DNA from: Longimicrobiales bacterium
GTDB lineage: Bacteria > Gemmatimonadota > Gemmatimonadetes > Longimicrobiales > Gaopeijiaceae
DNA length: 64,000 nucleotides
NCBI GenBank assembly: GCA_965198065.1
Contig: CBDAON010000004.1
Coordinates: 2,368,001-2,432,000, forward strand
Direction: 5' to 3'
Within the stretch, counting starts at the first letter, position 1. Every line of letters starts with the position of its first letter. The position numbers and the translations under genes are program-made. The notes below the pieces were generated by a model. The model saw nothing but the letters and a program-made list of their open reading frames with translations. It had not been told where the DNA came from and did not search any database. Below, piece by piece: positions 50,552 to 61,060 of the stretch.

Positions 50552-52753
50552 TCAACGGCCCCCGCTTCCTCGAGCCTTCTTCGACGTACCCGCAGCCGAT
50601 GCCACGGGCTTCGTCTCCCGGAGGAGGATCCGCGCGTCGACCACGGCCAGGCCGTCCGGGTAGGCGATCACGGGGTTCAGGTCCATCTCCTGGATCGCGG
50701 GATAGGCTTCGACGACCCCCGAGACCTTCATCAGGAGATCGACGAGAGCCTCGCGGTCCACGGGCGGCTGCCCCCGGACCCCGTCGAGAATGGCGGCGGT
50801 GCGGATCGTGGACAGCATCTGCTTCGCGGCGAACCGGCTGATCGGGAGAACGCGGAAGACGACGTCTCGCACGACCTCCACCAGGATCCCGCCGATGCCG
50901 AACATGATCACGGGCCCGAACTGGGGATCGGTCTTGGTCCCGATCGTGACCTCGAGGCCCGGCTCGGCCATGGGAGAGACGACACATCCCCGGATGTCCG
51001 CCGATGGTTGCCGGCTCTCCGCGGCGCTTACGATCTCGCCGAACGCCTTACGTACCTCGGCTCCGGTCTCGAGCCTGAGGCGCACTCCTCCGACGTCACT
51101 TTTATGCAGGAAGGCTGGGGAGCACAGCTTGAGCGCCACCGGTCCCTCGAGCTTTCCGGCGAGGGCCACGGCCTCGGCGGGAGTCGTGGCCAGTCGATCA
51201 GCCGTCACGCTCGCCCCGTGCAAGCCGAGGAGCCGTTTCGCCTCGTGCTCGAGGAGGGAGCCCCGGCCCTCGGCCACGGCGATCTCGATGATCCGCTCGC
51301 CGGCCCGTTTAGCGTGCGTCCCCCAATTCATGACGAAGTTGGTTCTGCGGCGACCGCTGGCGCAGTAGCCGCCGTACTGCGAGAGGACCTCGAGACACCT
51401 GCAGGCTACGTCCACTGAATCGAAGACGGGAATCCCGTAGTACCGGAGGAGATCGTGGGCGTGCGGTCGGAGAAACTTGTACAGGCTGTGGACCACGATG
51501 GGCTTGCCGGTTTCGCGCACGAGCTTTCCCATCCGGTGGGCGGCGTCCTCTTCGATGAACCGGAGACGCTCGGCGAAGCGGAGCCCATACCCGCCGAACA
51601 GCCCGACGATCAGCAGCCCTCCAATACGTTGGCTCTCCAGGAGCACGCGCGCGCAGTCGGCGAAGACCCCCGGATCGCTGTCGGCGCTCCCCGCGAGATC
51701 CACGGGGTTCCGTAGCGCCGCGTTCGGTGAGAGGAGCTCGGTCAGCTCGTCTCGCACTCTCCGACCCAGGGGTGGGATCTCGACGCCAGCGTCCGTGAGC
51801 ACGTCCGAGGCGATCGTCGCGTGCCCGCCGCCGTCCGCCAGAATCGCCACGCGGTTGCCGCGGAGCGGCGGCAGGCAGGCTAGCGCCTCGGTGGCCGGGA
51901 ACAGCTCGTCCGAGTGCTCGATCGTTATGATCCCGCACCGGCGATAGGCGGAGCGTGCCACCTCGGAGATGCCGGCGAGAGCGCCCGTGTGCGACCCCGC
52001 CGACCGGCTCCCCGTCTCCGACCGGCCGCTCTGAAGCAGGACGACGGGCTTGTGCCGCGTCGTGAGATGGGCCTGCTGCAAGAACTTCCGCCCGTCGCTC
52101 ATCCCCTCGACGTACATGACGATGGCCCGCGTCTTCGGGTCGGCCGTGAGGAACTCGAGGTACTCGTGGAACTTGACGTCGGCCTCGTTGCCCACCCCGA
52201 TGTAGTAGGAGAAGCCCTGCTGGCTCTTCACCTGTGCCTCGGTGATGAGGTGGAGCGCCATGTTCCCGCTCTGCGAGAGAAGGGCGATGTTGCCCCTGGG
52301 CACGTCGCCGAGCCCCACCAGGTCCATCCCCGAGTGCACGTTGATGATGCCGCTGGTATTGGGGCCGATGATCCGCAGACCGTGCCGGTCGGCGATGCGC
52401 CGAAGCTTGTCCTGAAGGCGCTTCCCTTTGCGACCTAGCTCACCGAAGCCGCCCGCGACCACGACGGCGCCGGCCACCCCCTTCTTTCCGCACTCCTCGA
52501 GGAGGGGGGCCAGGCCCTCGGCGGGGGTTGCGACGAACGCTAGGTCTACCGGTCCCTCGATGTCGAGCACGCTCGGGTAGCACCGGAGCCCGAGAATCGT
52601 CTCCTCGTGCGGGTTCACGGGGTAGACCGCGCCCTCGTACTTGGCCTCGATCACAGACCGGATGGCTTGGTATCCGCGCTTCTTCTCGTCGCGCGACGCC
52701 CCTATGATCGCCACGGACCGCGCGTCCAGCACCCTCCCGAGGGACACGCTCAC
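50552..52753 (-). CDS. ADP-forming acyl-CoA synthetase (acetate--CoA ligase family, alpha-beta fusion)
   Basis: SVAIIGAS, IIGPN..G, SQSG, SHTGALAG, NPVDL, HKSDVGGV, DPQFGPV..FG.GG, EMDLNP. Confidence 0.9.
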   Translation of the reverse strand: MSVSLGRVLDARSVAIIGASRDEKKRGYQAIRSVIEAKYEGAVYPVNPHEETILGLRCYPSVLDIEGPVDLAFVATPAEGLAPLLEECGKKGVAGAVVVAGGFGELGRKGKRLQDKLRRIADRHGLRIIGPNTSGIINVHSGMDLVGLGDVPRGNIALLSQSGNMALHLITEAQVKSQQGFSYYIGVGNEADVKFHEYLEFLTADPKTRAIVMYVEGMSDGRKFLQQAHLTTRHKPVVLLQSGRSETGSRSAGSHTGALAGISEVARSAYRRCGIITIEHSDELFPATEALACLPPLRGNRVAILADGGGHATIASDVLTDAGVEIPPLGRRVRDELTELLSPNAALRNPVDLAGSADSDPGVFADCARVLLESQRIGGLLIVGLFGGYGLRFAERLRFIEEDAAHRMGKLVRETGKPIVVHSLYKFLRPHAHDLLRYYGIPVFDSVDVACRCLEVLSQYGGYCASGRRRTNFVMNWGTHAKRAGERIIEIAVAEGRGSLLEHEAKRLLGLHGASVTADRLATTPAEAVALAGKLEGPVALKLCSPAFLHKSDVGGVRLRLETGAEVRKAFGEIVSAAESRQPSADIRGCVVSPMAEPGLEVTIGTKTDPQFGPVIMFGIGGILVEVVRDVVFRVLPISRFAAKQMLSTIRTAAILDGVRGQPPVDREALVDLLMKVSGVVEAYPAIQEMDLNPVIAYPDGLAVVDARILLRETKPVASAAGTSKKARGSGGR

Positions 52754-53559
52754 CGCCCCCGGAAACGCGGCTTACGGCGCTCTGCGAAGGCCCGGATGCC
52801 CTCCTGCCAATCCTCGCTGTCCATGCACTCGAGGATGGCCTCGGCCTCCGCCTTGAGAGCGCTGACGATATCGCTCCCCGGGGAGCGACGGAGGAGCGTC
52901 TTGGCCAGACGAATGGACAGGGGCGCCCTCTCCGCTATCTCCCTCGCGAGGCGCCGAGCGTGGTCAAGCAGGAGCGGACCGGGGTAGGACGCCAGGGCCA
53001 GCCCCGTCTCCACCGCGGCGGGGCCGTCCAGGATCTTTCCCGTGTAGACCAGCTCCTTCGCCCGGGCCTGACCCACGAGGCCGGGAAGGGTGTGGCTGAC
53101 GCCCCCGCCGACGCAGGTCCCCAGCCCGGCCTCGGGGAGAGCGAGCGTCGCGTCGTTGGCCATCAGGATGAAATCGCAGGCCAGCGCGATCTCAGTACCG
53201 GCGCCCCGCGCCGGCCCGTTCACGGCCGCGATGACCGGCTTCGGGAACTCGTAGATCTCGCGGGTTGTCTCGTGGGCGAGCTGGATGTAGGCGCGCCGCT
53301 CGTCGGGGCCGCGGTCGCCCGAGGCGTGCCTCTTCAGGTCGGCTCCCGCCGAAAAAGCGGGTTTGTCCACCCCGTCCCTCCTCAGGACGGAGCCGGTCAG
53401 GATCAGGCAGCGAATCCCCGCGTCGTCCCTCGTCCTGGCCAGGGCGTCGCGAATCTCCAGGTACATCTCCTCGATCACGGCGTTCATCCGCTCGGGTCGG
53501 TTCAGGCGGACGATGCCCACGGGTTCCTCGGTTACGAGTTCGATCGTCTCGTAGCTCAC
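52750..53559 (-). CDS. Enoyl-CoA hydratase/isomerase family protein
   Basis: LNRPERMNA, FSAGADL, KPVIAAVNG.A.GAGTEIALACD, LPEAGLG. Confidence 0.9.
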   Translation of the reverse strand: MSYETIELVTEEPVGIVRLNRPERMNAVIEEMYLEIRDALARTRDDAGIRCLILTGSVLRRDGVDKPAFSAGADLKRHASGDRGPDERRAYIQLAHETTREIYEFPKPVIAAVNGPARGAGTEIALACDFILMANDATLALPEAGLGTCVGGGVSHTLPGLVGQARAKELVYTGKILDGPAAVETGLALASYPGPLLLDHARRLAREIAERAPLSIRLAKTLLRRSPGSDIVSALKAEAEAILECMDSEDWQEGIRAFAERRKPRFRGR

Positions 53560-54317
53560 GGGCGGCGCCGCTCCGCGATCCGACGCTTCAGCGCCTCCAG
53601 CCGGTCACGAAACTCCGGACGACCCACCGACCAGAGTTGCTCCTCCAGCTCACGATCGACAGCCTCGGCGTGATCAGTGACACCCGCCATGGACCGGATG
53701 GTCGCCTTGAGCCTCCGCACCATCTCGCGTGGCGCCGCCGCGGCCTGGGCCGCGAGGCGTGCCGCCTCGTCCAGGACGACGTCGTCATCGACGCAGCTCC
53801 AGGCGAGCCCCCTGCGGGCCGCCTCCTCACCGTCCAGACCTTCACCGCACAGCACGAGCGCCGAGACGCCCTGGGGGCCGACGAGGTCTCGGAGGGTCCA
53901 GGTGTGTCCACCGCCAGGGTGCAGGGCCAGGTCTAGGAAGCGGGACTCGAACCGCGCGCTCCGCGACGCGACGCGAACGTCACAGGCGAGAGCCAGGTTG
54001 AGCCCGGCGCCGACCGCGGGGCCGTTCACCGCTGCGACCGTGAGCAGCGGAAATCGCGCCACGGCCAGAAAGCCCTCGTAGATCTGGCGGAGGTGCGCGC
54101 GGTCGGCCCGCTCTAGGTCCGCCAGATCGGCGCCCGCCGAGAAGGCCGGTGGAGTGCCCGTGATCACGAGGGCTCCGACCTCCGGGGAGGCGGAGAGGGA
54201 ATCCAGGGTCGCCGCGAGCTCGTCGGCCATCGCCAGCGACAGCGCGTTCCGCCGAGCGGGATCGTGTAGCGTGACGAGGGCGAGGCCGCCCCGCACGTCC
54301 GTCTTCAGAAGACCCAT
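53556..54317 (-). CDS. Enoyl-CoA hydratase/isomerase family protein
   Basis: P.RRNALS, FSAGADL, AAVNGPAVGAGLNLALACD, HPGGG. Confidence 0.88.
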   Translation of the reverse strand: MGLLKTDVRGGLALVTLHDPARRNALSLAMADELAATLDSLSASPEVGALVITGTPPAFSAGADLADLERADRAHLRQIYEGFLAVARFPLLTVAAVNGPAVGAGLNLALACDVRVASRSARFESRFLDLALHPGGGHTWTLRDLVGPQGVSALVLCGEGLDGEEAARRGLAWSCVDDDVVLDEAARLAAQAAAAPREMVRRLKATIRSMAGVTDHAEAVDRELEEQLWSVGRPEFRDRLEALKRRIAERRRP

Positions 54318-54563
54318 GTCCTCCCCCCCGGCCCGGCGACGCCCTCCTCGCTCGGTGGCGAATATGGGGCGGTGGGCGACGACGTGGCCACCTTTCGGCG
54401 CCGATCCCCGGTGTGGTGATCCTCCCACGCGGAGCCGAGCTCGGGCGAGCGTGGCGGGTGGGAGCCCGTGGCGCGATCACGCGCCGGCTTGTAGAGTGGC
54501 GGGACGACGGTCTATTCCGAGCGAGTGATGACTTCCGCACTTCCCGATCCACGGAGGCTACCC

Positions 54564-55121
54564 ATGAAGCGCTTTCTCTTCGCTCTGTCTGCCGGGTTGC
54601 TCCTGCCGTCCGCTCTGCTAGGGCAGTCCCAGATGGAGATTCAGCGGGCCGTGATGGCGGCGCCGCCGAACATGCGAGACGACGTCACCGTGCTCCAGCT
54701 TCGCTCGGACGGTACCACCGCTGTTCTCCGGCCGGGCACGAACGGGCTCATGTGCTGGGACAACCGCGGTCGCCGGGGCTATAACAACCCCTTCGATGTC
54801 CAGTGCACCACCGAAGCCAACCGTCCCAGGCTCGAGCAGAACCATGCGTTCCAGGGCGCGGGCGGGAGCGACGAGGAGATCCAGGCCCGCTTCGATCGCG
54901 CCGAGGGGGACGGGAGCCGCGAACTGTCCGAGTTCGGAAGCATCTACTACCGAGTGATGGGCGAGTCCATGGACAATTTCCGGACCCACACCACGGTGGC
55001 GGTACCGTTCGGCACCGGAGAGTCCCTCGGGCTTCCGTCGCGGGGCGGCCGGGGCATGTTGTGGGTCATGCAAGGCGGTACGTCCAGCTCCCACCTCATG
55101 GTCGGGGATGTAGGGCGGTAA
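54564..55121 (+). CDS. Hypothetical secreted protein
   Basis: GGAGG RBS; signal peptide; AVMAAP...D.TV, LRPGTNG..C, W.MQGGTSSSHLM. Confidence 0.7.
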   Translation: MKRFLFALSAGLLLPSALLGQSQMEIQRAVMAAPPNMRDDVTVLQLRSDGTTAVLRPGTNGLMCWDNRGRRGYNNPFDVQCTTEANRPRLEQNHAFQGAGGSDEEIQARFDRAEGDGSRELSEFGSIYYRVMGESMDNFRTHTTVAVPFGTGESLGLPSRGGRGMLWVMQGGTSSSHLMVGDVGR

Positions 55122-55170
55122 TCGGGACGCGAGGGGCGGCCCACCAGTTCGGCGGAGCGCCCCTCGTCCG

Positions 55171-56214
55171 CTAACAGACGCTGCCCAGGATCCCTCCCCC
55201 TCCGCAGTACGTGGGGTCCTGGAGTTGGATGCGCAGCCCATCCGGATCGGAGAAGTACAGCTCGGGCGTGCCTCCTGGGGCGCCTCCGCGGTTCGGCATC
55301 CGCATGCTGACGGAGGATCGGAGCGGCACGGCGGAGCTCTCCCCCTCGGCCCTCGGCGGGATCCCGTAGTCTGCCAGCGTGGCCAGGATCTCCTCCGTCT
55401 CGAAGCCTTCCACCGTCATACATACGTGACCGATGGAACCCCTGGGAGGCGTTACCGGCTGGGCTCCTCCGCCACCGCCGCCGAACATGACGAACTGTGG
55501 TCCACCGCCGACGCCGAGCGCAGGCGTGCTGGCCTGATAGGCCTGCACCGGCAAACCAAACAGCTCCTGATAGAACTGGATCGCGCGTGCGGAATCCGAC
55601 ACGCCGTTGGTGAAGTGGTTGAGATCGCGGGCCGAGAGACGGCCGGGCACCGGCAGTGGCTCGGCGGTTGGACAGATCGTTCCCAAAGGCCCGCTGCCCC
55701 CGCAGTAGCCACGGTCCACTACCTGAACGACGATCCCGTGAGGATCGCCGAAGTACACCTCGCGCGTGCCCCCCGGGTCCCCACCGAGCTGGGGTCCCCG
55801 GGTCACCGTCCACACGCGCATCGCTGGTTCGGATGGGACGACGTCGCCGACCGACGTGAGCCCGGAATCCAGAAGCTGCTGAACAGCTCGATCCACGTCG
55901 AAATCCGCCACCGCGATTCCCATCCGGCTGATGCTCGGGGCCTCGCCGGCCTCGATGGCCACGAACTGGGGACCGTCGCCGAGCCGAAGAAGGGTCGTCC
56001 GGCCGCGGCGGGCCTGAATCGGCATTCCGAGCAGCTCCTGGTAGAACGCCACGGATCGACTCGGATCGGAGACCCGAAGAGCGACATGGTTCAGGGCCAG
56101 CGCAGGGAGGACGCGCGGATTGCGCAGCGTACCGCGCAGGGTGACGATCCGCGGCAAGACCGCGACGCCGGGAAGCGAAAGGAGGAAGGCCCGTCGGTCG
56201 ATGTTGGAGCTCAT
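55171..56214 (-). CDS. Tat-exported tandem VOC (glyoxalase-like) domain protein
   Basis: IDRRAFLL Tat motif; two LNH...VSD..R...FYQEL.G repeats; E.YF.DP.G...Q; each half ends YCGG.G.LG..C. Confidence 0.8.
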   Translation of the reverse strand: MSSNIDRRAFLLSLPGVAVLPRIVTLRGTLRNPRVLPALALNHVALRVSDPSRSVAFYQELLGMPIQARRGRTTLLRLGDGPQFVAIEAGEAPSISRMGIAVADFDVDRAVQQLLDSGLTSVGDVVPSEPAMRVWTVTRGPQLGGDPGGTREVYFGDPHGIVVQVVDRGYCGGSGPLGTICPTAEPLPVPGRLSARDLNHFTNGVSDSARAIQFYQELFGLPVQAYQASTPALGVGGGPQFVMFGGGGGGAQPVTPPRGSIGHVCMTVEGFETEEILATLADYGIPPRAEGESSAVPLRSSVSMRMPNRGGAPGGTPELYFSDPDGLRIQLQDPTYCGGGGILGSVC

Positions 56215-56638
56215 GGTTCTACTCCTGGCCTGGGATCATGCGTGCTCAGAGTGTTCCAATAGAGTCGCACCCTTCTAGAGTCGCACCTTCGACAGGGTGG
56301 GTTCGCAGGTTGCCCTCCGCTGATATGCATCACGGGACCGGTATCGGCAAGCTAGCGAGTGGTTCGTAAAGAACCGGGGCGGGTATTGTTGTGGCGGGTG
56401 CGCCGGGAGCGTACATTGACACCATTCGACCCGGTTGCCGGGCCGGCGTGTTATGACGACAATGCGGCGTACGGGGCTTCGGCCATGGTTTAGCGACGGT
56501 CCCCGAGATTGCCCAGCGATCTCCGGGGGCGCCCGTGCGTGCTGCGACGGCCCTTTGGGCCATCCGCTCGACGTCTCCCTTCGTTCTTTGTCGAGTGGCG
56601 AGCCCGCAGTCAGCATCCCTTTCGTAAGGAGGACTACC

Positions 56639-57841
56639 ATGCGGTCACGACAGTTCATGCCGACAGCCCTGGCCGTTGCAGCGCTGTTGGCGCCCGTACT
56701 CCTCGTCTCCTGCGCAGAATCGACCGGAACCCCGGCCGGCGCGATGACCATGCAGGAGGGCTCTGCGGCTCTCGGCATGCCCACGCTGGCTGCCCGGGAC
56801 ACGCAGGAGGCGTTCGGCCCTTACGCGCGTCCGACCGACTGGCCGAACTGGATAGCCAGCACGCCGGGCCACGAGGGGTGGACGTACCCCTCGAGTGCGG
56901 CGGTCTACGCCGAGAGCCCGGACCGGATCTGGGTTGCCGCGCGCGGGGAGGTTGGCGTGGCTGAGGGACCCAATGACGGTGAGCGACGATGGGAACACGT
57001 TATATACGCCGTGAATTCCGACGGACAGATGGTGGAGGAGTGGACGCAGAACGACGCGCTATTCTCACCCGACGGCGGACGCGGACCGCATAAGATCAAG
57101 ATGAGCCCGTACGATCAGGAAAAGCACATCTGGGTCGTCGACGACCAGCTGCATCAGATCTTCCGGTTCACGTATGACGGACAGCTCGATCATACGCTGG
57201 GCACCCTGCTCACGCCGGGGCGCGGACCGAACAACTTCGCGCGGCCCACGGACATCGCGTTCCTTCCGGACGGGACGTACTTCATCAGCGATGGCTACGA
57301 CGGTACCCGCGTGGCCAAGTTCGACGCCGATGACAACTTCGTCATGGATTGGGGTCAGGAGCCGGCCGATCCGGCCAATCCGGGCCCGAACGAGTGGAAC
57401 ACGGTCCACAGCATCGCAATCAGCTCCGACCGGCTGATCTACGCGGTGGACCGGGCGCACGCGCGGATCCAGGTCTTCGACGAGAACGGAAACTTCCAGT
57501 TCATGTTCTCGACGGGTGAGCGTGACCGCTCCCGCCCATACGCCCATGAGATCATGATGGACCCGCAGACGGGGCAGGAATACATCTGGGTCGCGGACGG
57601 CGGCAACCACCGCATCCTCAAGTTCGATCTTGAGGGGAACTTCCTGTATACGTGGGGAATCGGGGGAACCGGGATTGGTCAGTTCAACGGGCCGCACTCG
57701 ATCACCACGGACCAGGACGGCAACATGTATACCGCCGAGGTGTTCAACAACCGCCTTCAGAAGTGGGTTCCCAGACCCGGAGTGGACCCGGCCAAGCTGG
57801 CGGGTCAGCTGCTCCGGCAGTACACCCCGATGACCGAGTGA
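56639..57841 (+). CDS. NHL-repeat / PAL-like beta-propeller lipoprotein
   Basis: AGGAGGA RBS; lipobox LVSC; F.RPTDIAF.PDG...ISDGY..TRV.KFD, VHSIA, DR...RIQVFD.NG.F, FNGPHSI..DQDGNMY.AEV. Confidence 0.85.
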   Translation: MRSRQFMPTALAVAALLAPVLLVSCAESTGTPAGAMTMQEGSAALGMPTLAARDTQEAFGPYARPTDWPNWIASTPGHEGWTYPSSAAVYAESPDRIWVAARGEVGVAEGPNDGERRWEHVIYAVNSDGQMVEEWTQNDALFSPDGGRGPHKIKMSPYDQEKHIWVVDDQLHQIFRFTYDGQLDHTLGTLLTPGRGPNNFARPTDIAFLPDGTYFISDGYDGTRVAKFDADDNFVMDWGQEPADPANPGPNEWNTVHSIAISSDRLIYAVDRAHARIQVFDENGNFQFMFSTGERDRSRPYAHEIMMDPQTGQEYIWVADGGNHRILKFDLEGNFLYTWGIGGTGIGQFNGPHSITTDQDGNMYTAEVFNNRLQKWVPRPGVDPAKLAGQLLRQYTPMTE

Positions 57842-57881
57842 CGCTTAGGCGTCGAGGTCCCTTCAGAAGTTGATCTGGGAG

Positions 57882-57913
57882 GCGCGGCGGCCCTCGAGGG
57901 CCGCCGCGCTTTT
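57882..57913 (+). terminator. Intrinsic terminator
   Basis: GCGCGGCGGCCC-TCGA-GGGCCGCCGCGC perfect 12-bp stem plus TTTT between convergent genes. Confidence 0.75.
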
Positions 57914-57937
57914 CCTATGGGTGGAACGCCCGGGCCT

Positions 57938-58997
57938 TCACGTCCGCACGAAGCTTCGATCCAGGGCGGAGAGGCTCGGGCGCAGCCCAGGAGCGCCATG
58001 GCGAGCTCCACCTCGGTCCTCAGGAGCTCGAACACGTGGCGCACCCCCTCCTCGCCTGAGACGGCCAGCCCGTACAGGCACGGCCTTCCAATCGCGACAG
58101 CACGGGCTCCGAGCGCTACGGCCTTCACGACGTCGGTCCCCCTCCGGATTCCCCCGTCCAGTAGGATCTCCGCGCGGCCCCGCACCGCATCCGCGATCTC
58201 TGGCAGTACTTCGATCGTCGCTGGCACGGTGTCGAGCTGCCGGGCGCCGTGGTTGGACACGAAGATCCCGTCCGCGCCTCGCTCGCAAGCGAGGACGGCG
58301 TCCGCTGCCGTGAGAATTCCCTTCACGAGAATCGGGAGCGAGGTCACCGAGCGGAGCCAGTCCATGACGTCCCAGGTGAGGGACGGATCCACAAGGCCCT
58401 GGATGTACGTCTCGAAGCGCTCGTTTTCGGCCCCGAGCGCGGCGAGGTTCACGAAGGGCTCGAAGTTGAGGGGTCGAAGCGGCGGGGGAAGGGAGAACTG
58501 GTTACGAACGTCCCGTTCGCGGCGGCCCACCCGGGGGAGGTCCACTGTGAGGCACACGGCGCCGTAGCCCGCTCGACTAGCGCCCGGGTCACCCCCCGAT
58601 CCCGGAACGCATAGAGCTGGAACCATTTCGGTCCCCGGGCGGCAGCGGCCACGTCCTCGAGCGGAAAGCCCGACATCGTGGAGACCACCATGACCGTGCC
58701 TTCGGCGGCCGCGGCCCTCGCCGTGGCGAGCTCGCCGTCCGGGTGCGCGAGCGCGTGAAAGGCGGTGGGGGCAACGAGAACGGGGAAGCGAGTGCGCTGG
58801 TCGAGGACCTTCGTGGACGCATCGACCGACGACACGTCCACGAGCACCCGCGGCAGAAGCCGAATCCGGTCGAACGCGGCGCGGTTCTCGCTAAGGGTGA
58901 CCTCGTCTCCGGCACCGCCGGCGATGTAATCCCGGGCGCCCGGGGCCAGGCGCTCCAGGGCCAAGGCTTCGTAGTCCGCGAGGTTGACCGGCTTCAC
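57938..58997 (-). pseudogene. FMN-dependent alpha-hydroxy acid oxidase (glycolate/lactate oxidase family), frameshifted near 58570 and 57975
   Basis: YIAGGAGDE.T..EN, PRVLVDV, WFQLY, LTVDLP..GRRERD, SNHGARQLD, DGGIRRGTD..KA.ALGA. Confidence 0.85.
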
Positions 58998-59631
58998 GCG
59001 CCAATCATAGCGGCGGGGTTGATCATATCGCGAGCCGGCGGCGGCGGCAGGACACGTCCACGACCAGTACGGCGGCGGCACCGAAGGAGGAGAGAGGCCG
59101 GTGCTCGGATGTGCGTCCCTCCTGACGGCCCTCTGATCCGCGTCTGATCCCCCCTTCCTAGACTGCCTCGTGTGACATGCAGGTGGTGCGATCGGACGGG
59201 TGGAGCGTCCGTCCGGTCCCGGCCCGGGGACGAACTCCGGGTCGCCAAATCCTCGGCTTCGGCCGATGAACACGGGAGGGCATCATGAAAGGCGCACCAG
59301 GAGGATCTGATCGAGCGGGGATGGTGGACGTTCCAGTGGGTCGGCGTGATCACGGCCTACGTAGGCATCGTGAGTTTCCTCGTCTACACCGTCAGCGACG
59401 CTGAGGCAGATCACGTGAGTCCATCGTCCTGCCCTCCTCCTCCGTCCGGCGAGCACCACCGGGCGGAGGAGGGAGCGCTGAGGGGGGGAGGCGCCTGCCG
59501 GGTGGCGTTCGCTCACATCGGTCGTGGGATTGCCGCTTCCTCACCCCTGCGGGCATGTTGACCATCCCGGACGGGCGGCCGATGAGCGCCCGCCGGTGTC
59601 GCGTCCACACACTCATCCTCAGCGAGGATTC

Positions 59632-60018
59632 GTGAGCGCACGCGTCGTTCGCCTGGGCTCCGATCGCCTCTCCGGCGAAGGCCTGCGAATCGGGACCGTT
59701 CGGCGCCCTCCGCGCGGCGTTCCCAAGGCCAGCTACTCGGCCCAGGACTGGTTCGACGTGTGGTTTCCCGTGCTGGCGCCCAGCGCCCAGGCCGTCAAGC
59801 GCGCTAAGGCGGCCGATTCCGCAGCCGAATGGTCCGCGTTCGCGAGGACGTACCGGCGGGAGATGCGTGCCCCGGAGCCGAGGCAGGCCCTCTCGCTTCT
59901 GGCGGCCCTCTCGCACGCGACGGACTTTTCCGTGGGCTGCTACTGCGAGAACGAGGCGCGGTGCCACCGGTCCATCCTGAAGGAGCTCCTCGAGGAGCAC
60001 GGGGCCGAGGTCGAGTGA
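59632..60018 (+). CDS. DUF488 family protein
   Basis: IGTVRRPPRGVPK, DVW.P.LAPS, F.R.Y..EM, GCYCE.E..CHRSIL. Confidence 0.75.
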   Translation: MSARVVRLGSDRLSGEGLRIGTVRRPPRGVPKASYSAQDWFDVWFPVLAPSAQAVKRAKAADSAAEWSAFARTYRREMRAPEPRQALSLLAALSHATDFSVGCYCENEARCHRSILKELLEEHGAEVE

Positions 60019-60980
60019 CGGACGAGGTGGCTCGACCCCCCGAGACCCCCGAGCGGGAGCAGCACATGCAGGAGCCCTCGGGTTCTCGATCCGCCCGGCC
60101 GGTCACGGTGATCGTCCCGGCGTTCAACGAAGCCGAGGCCCTTCAGTCCACGTTGCCGCCGGTGCTGGAACACTGTCACCGGCTCGGCTGGCGGCTCGTG
60201 GTCGTGGACGACGGGTCCACCGACGGGACATGGGAGGTGCTTCGCCACCACGCCGGATCGACCGACGTGCACGTCCTCCGACATAAGCGAAACCGCGGCT
60301 ACGGGGCCGCGGTCAAGTCCGGGATTCGTCACGCCAAGACGGAGCTCGTGGCAACCATCGACGCGGACGGCCAGCACCGGCCCGCGGACCTCGAGGCCTT
60401 GTACGACCTGTGCGTACGCGTGGACGCGGATATGGTCGTGGGGGATCGCGGGCGGAAGGGCGCGAGCGCCTATCGCTCGCTCGGAAAGCGGATCCTGCGC
60501 GGTATCGCCGCCCTCCTCGTGTCGCTCCCAGTGCGGGACCTCAACTCGGGGATGAAGCTGTACCGCACCGATCTGGCTCGGAGGTACCTTCCGCTCTGCC
60601 CGGATTCGATGGCGTACAGTGATGTCATCGTCCTGGCCTTCCTGAGCGATAAGCACCTGGTCGTAGAGCATCCGGTGACCGTGGATCGACGTAGCACGGG
60701 ACGGAGCAGCGTCACCACCCGAACCGCCTTCGAGACGCTCATGAGCATCCTGACCATCATCACGCTCTTCAATCCGCTCAGGGTCTTTCTTCCGCTGGCG
60801 ACGGCCTCGTTCGTCGCGGGCGTGCTGTGGGGCGCCCCGATCGTCTTTCTGGGGCGTGGCGTGAGCGTGGGGTCGATGCTGGGCATTACGACGGGGCTAA
60901 TCCTTTTCGGGTTGGGGCTGATCGCCGAGCAGTTGGCGCAAATCCGGAAGAGCGCCGTTCTCGAGGCCAGCGACTCGTGA
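60015..60980 (+). CDS. Glycosyltransferase family 2 with C-terminal TM helices
   Basis: VIVPAFNE, VVDDGSTD, N.GYGAA, DADGQH, DLNSG.K. Confidence 0.9.
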   Translation: MTDEVARPPETPEREQHMQEPSGSRSARPVTVIVPAFNEAEALQSTLPPVLEHCHRLGWRLVVVDDGSTDGTWEVLRHHAGSTDVHVLRHKRNRGYGAAVKSGIRHAKTELVATIDADGQHRPADLEALYDLCVRVDADMVVGDRGRKGASAYRSLGKRILRGIAALLVSLPVRDLNSGMKLYRTDLARRYLPLCPDSMAYSDVIVLAFLSDKHLVVEHPVTVDRRSTGRSSVTTRTAFETLMSILTIITLFNPLRVFLPLATASFVAGVLWGAPIVFLGRGVSVGSMLGITTGLILFGLGLIAEQLAQIRKSAVLEASDS

Positions 60981-61060
60981 CCCTGCCCGGCAGTAGCGGC
61001 CCGTTCTTCAGACGTCCAGCAGCGTTCGTTCTTGCATGCGTCGCCAGCACGGCCCTCGCG

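Noticed and set aside
59285..59420. Small TM peptide (WWTFQWVGVITAYVGIVSFLVY)
   Set aside because: Needs a frameshift to reach the RBS-preceded ATG; too weak to call
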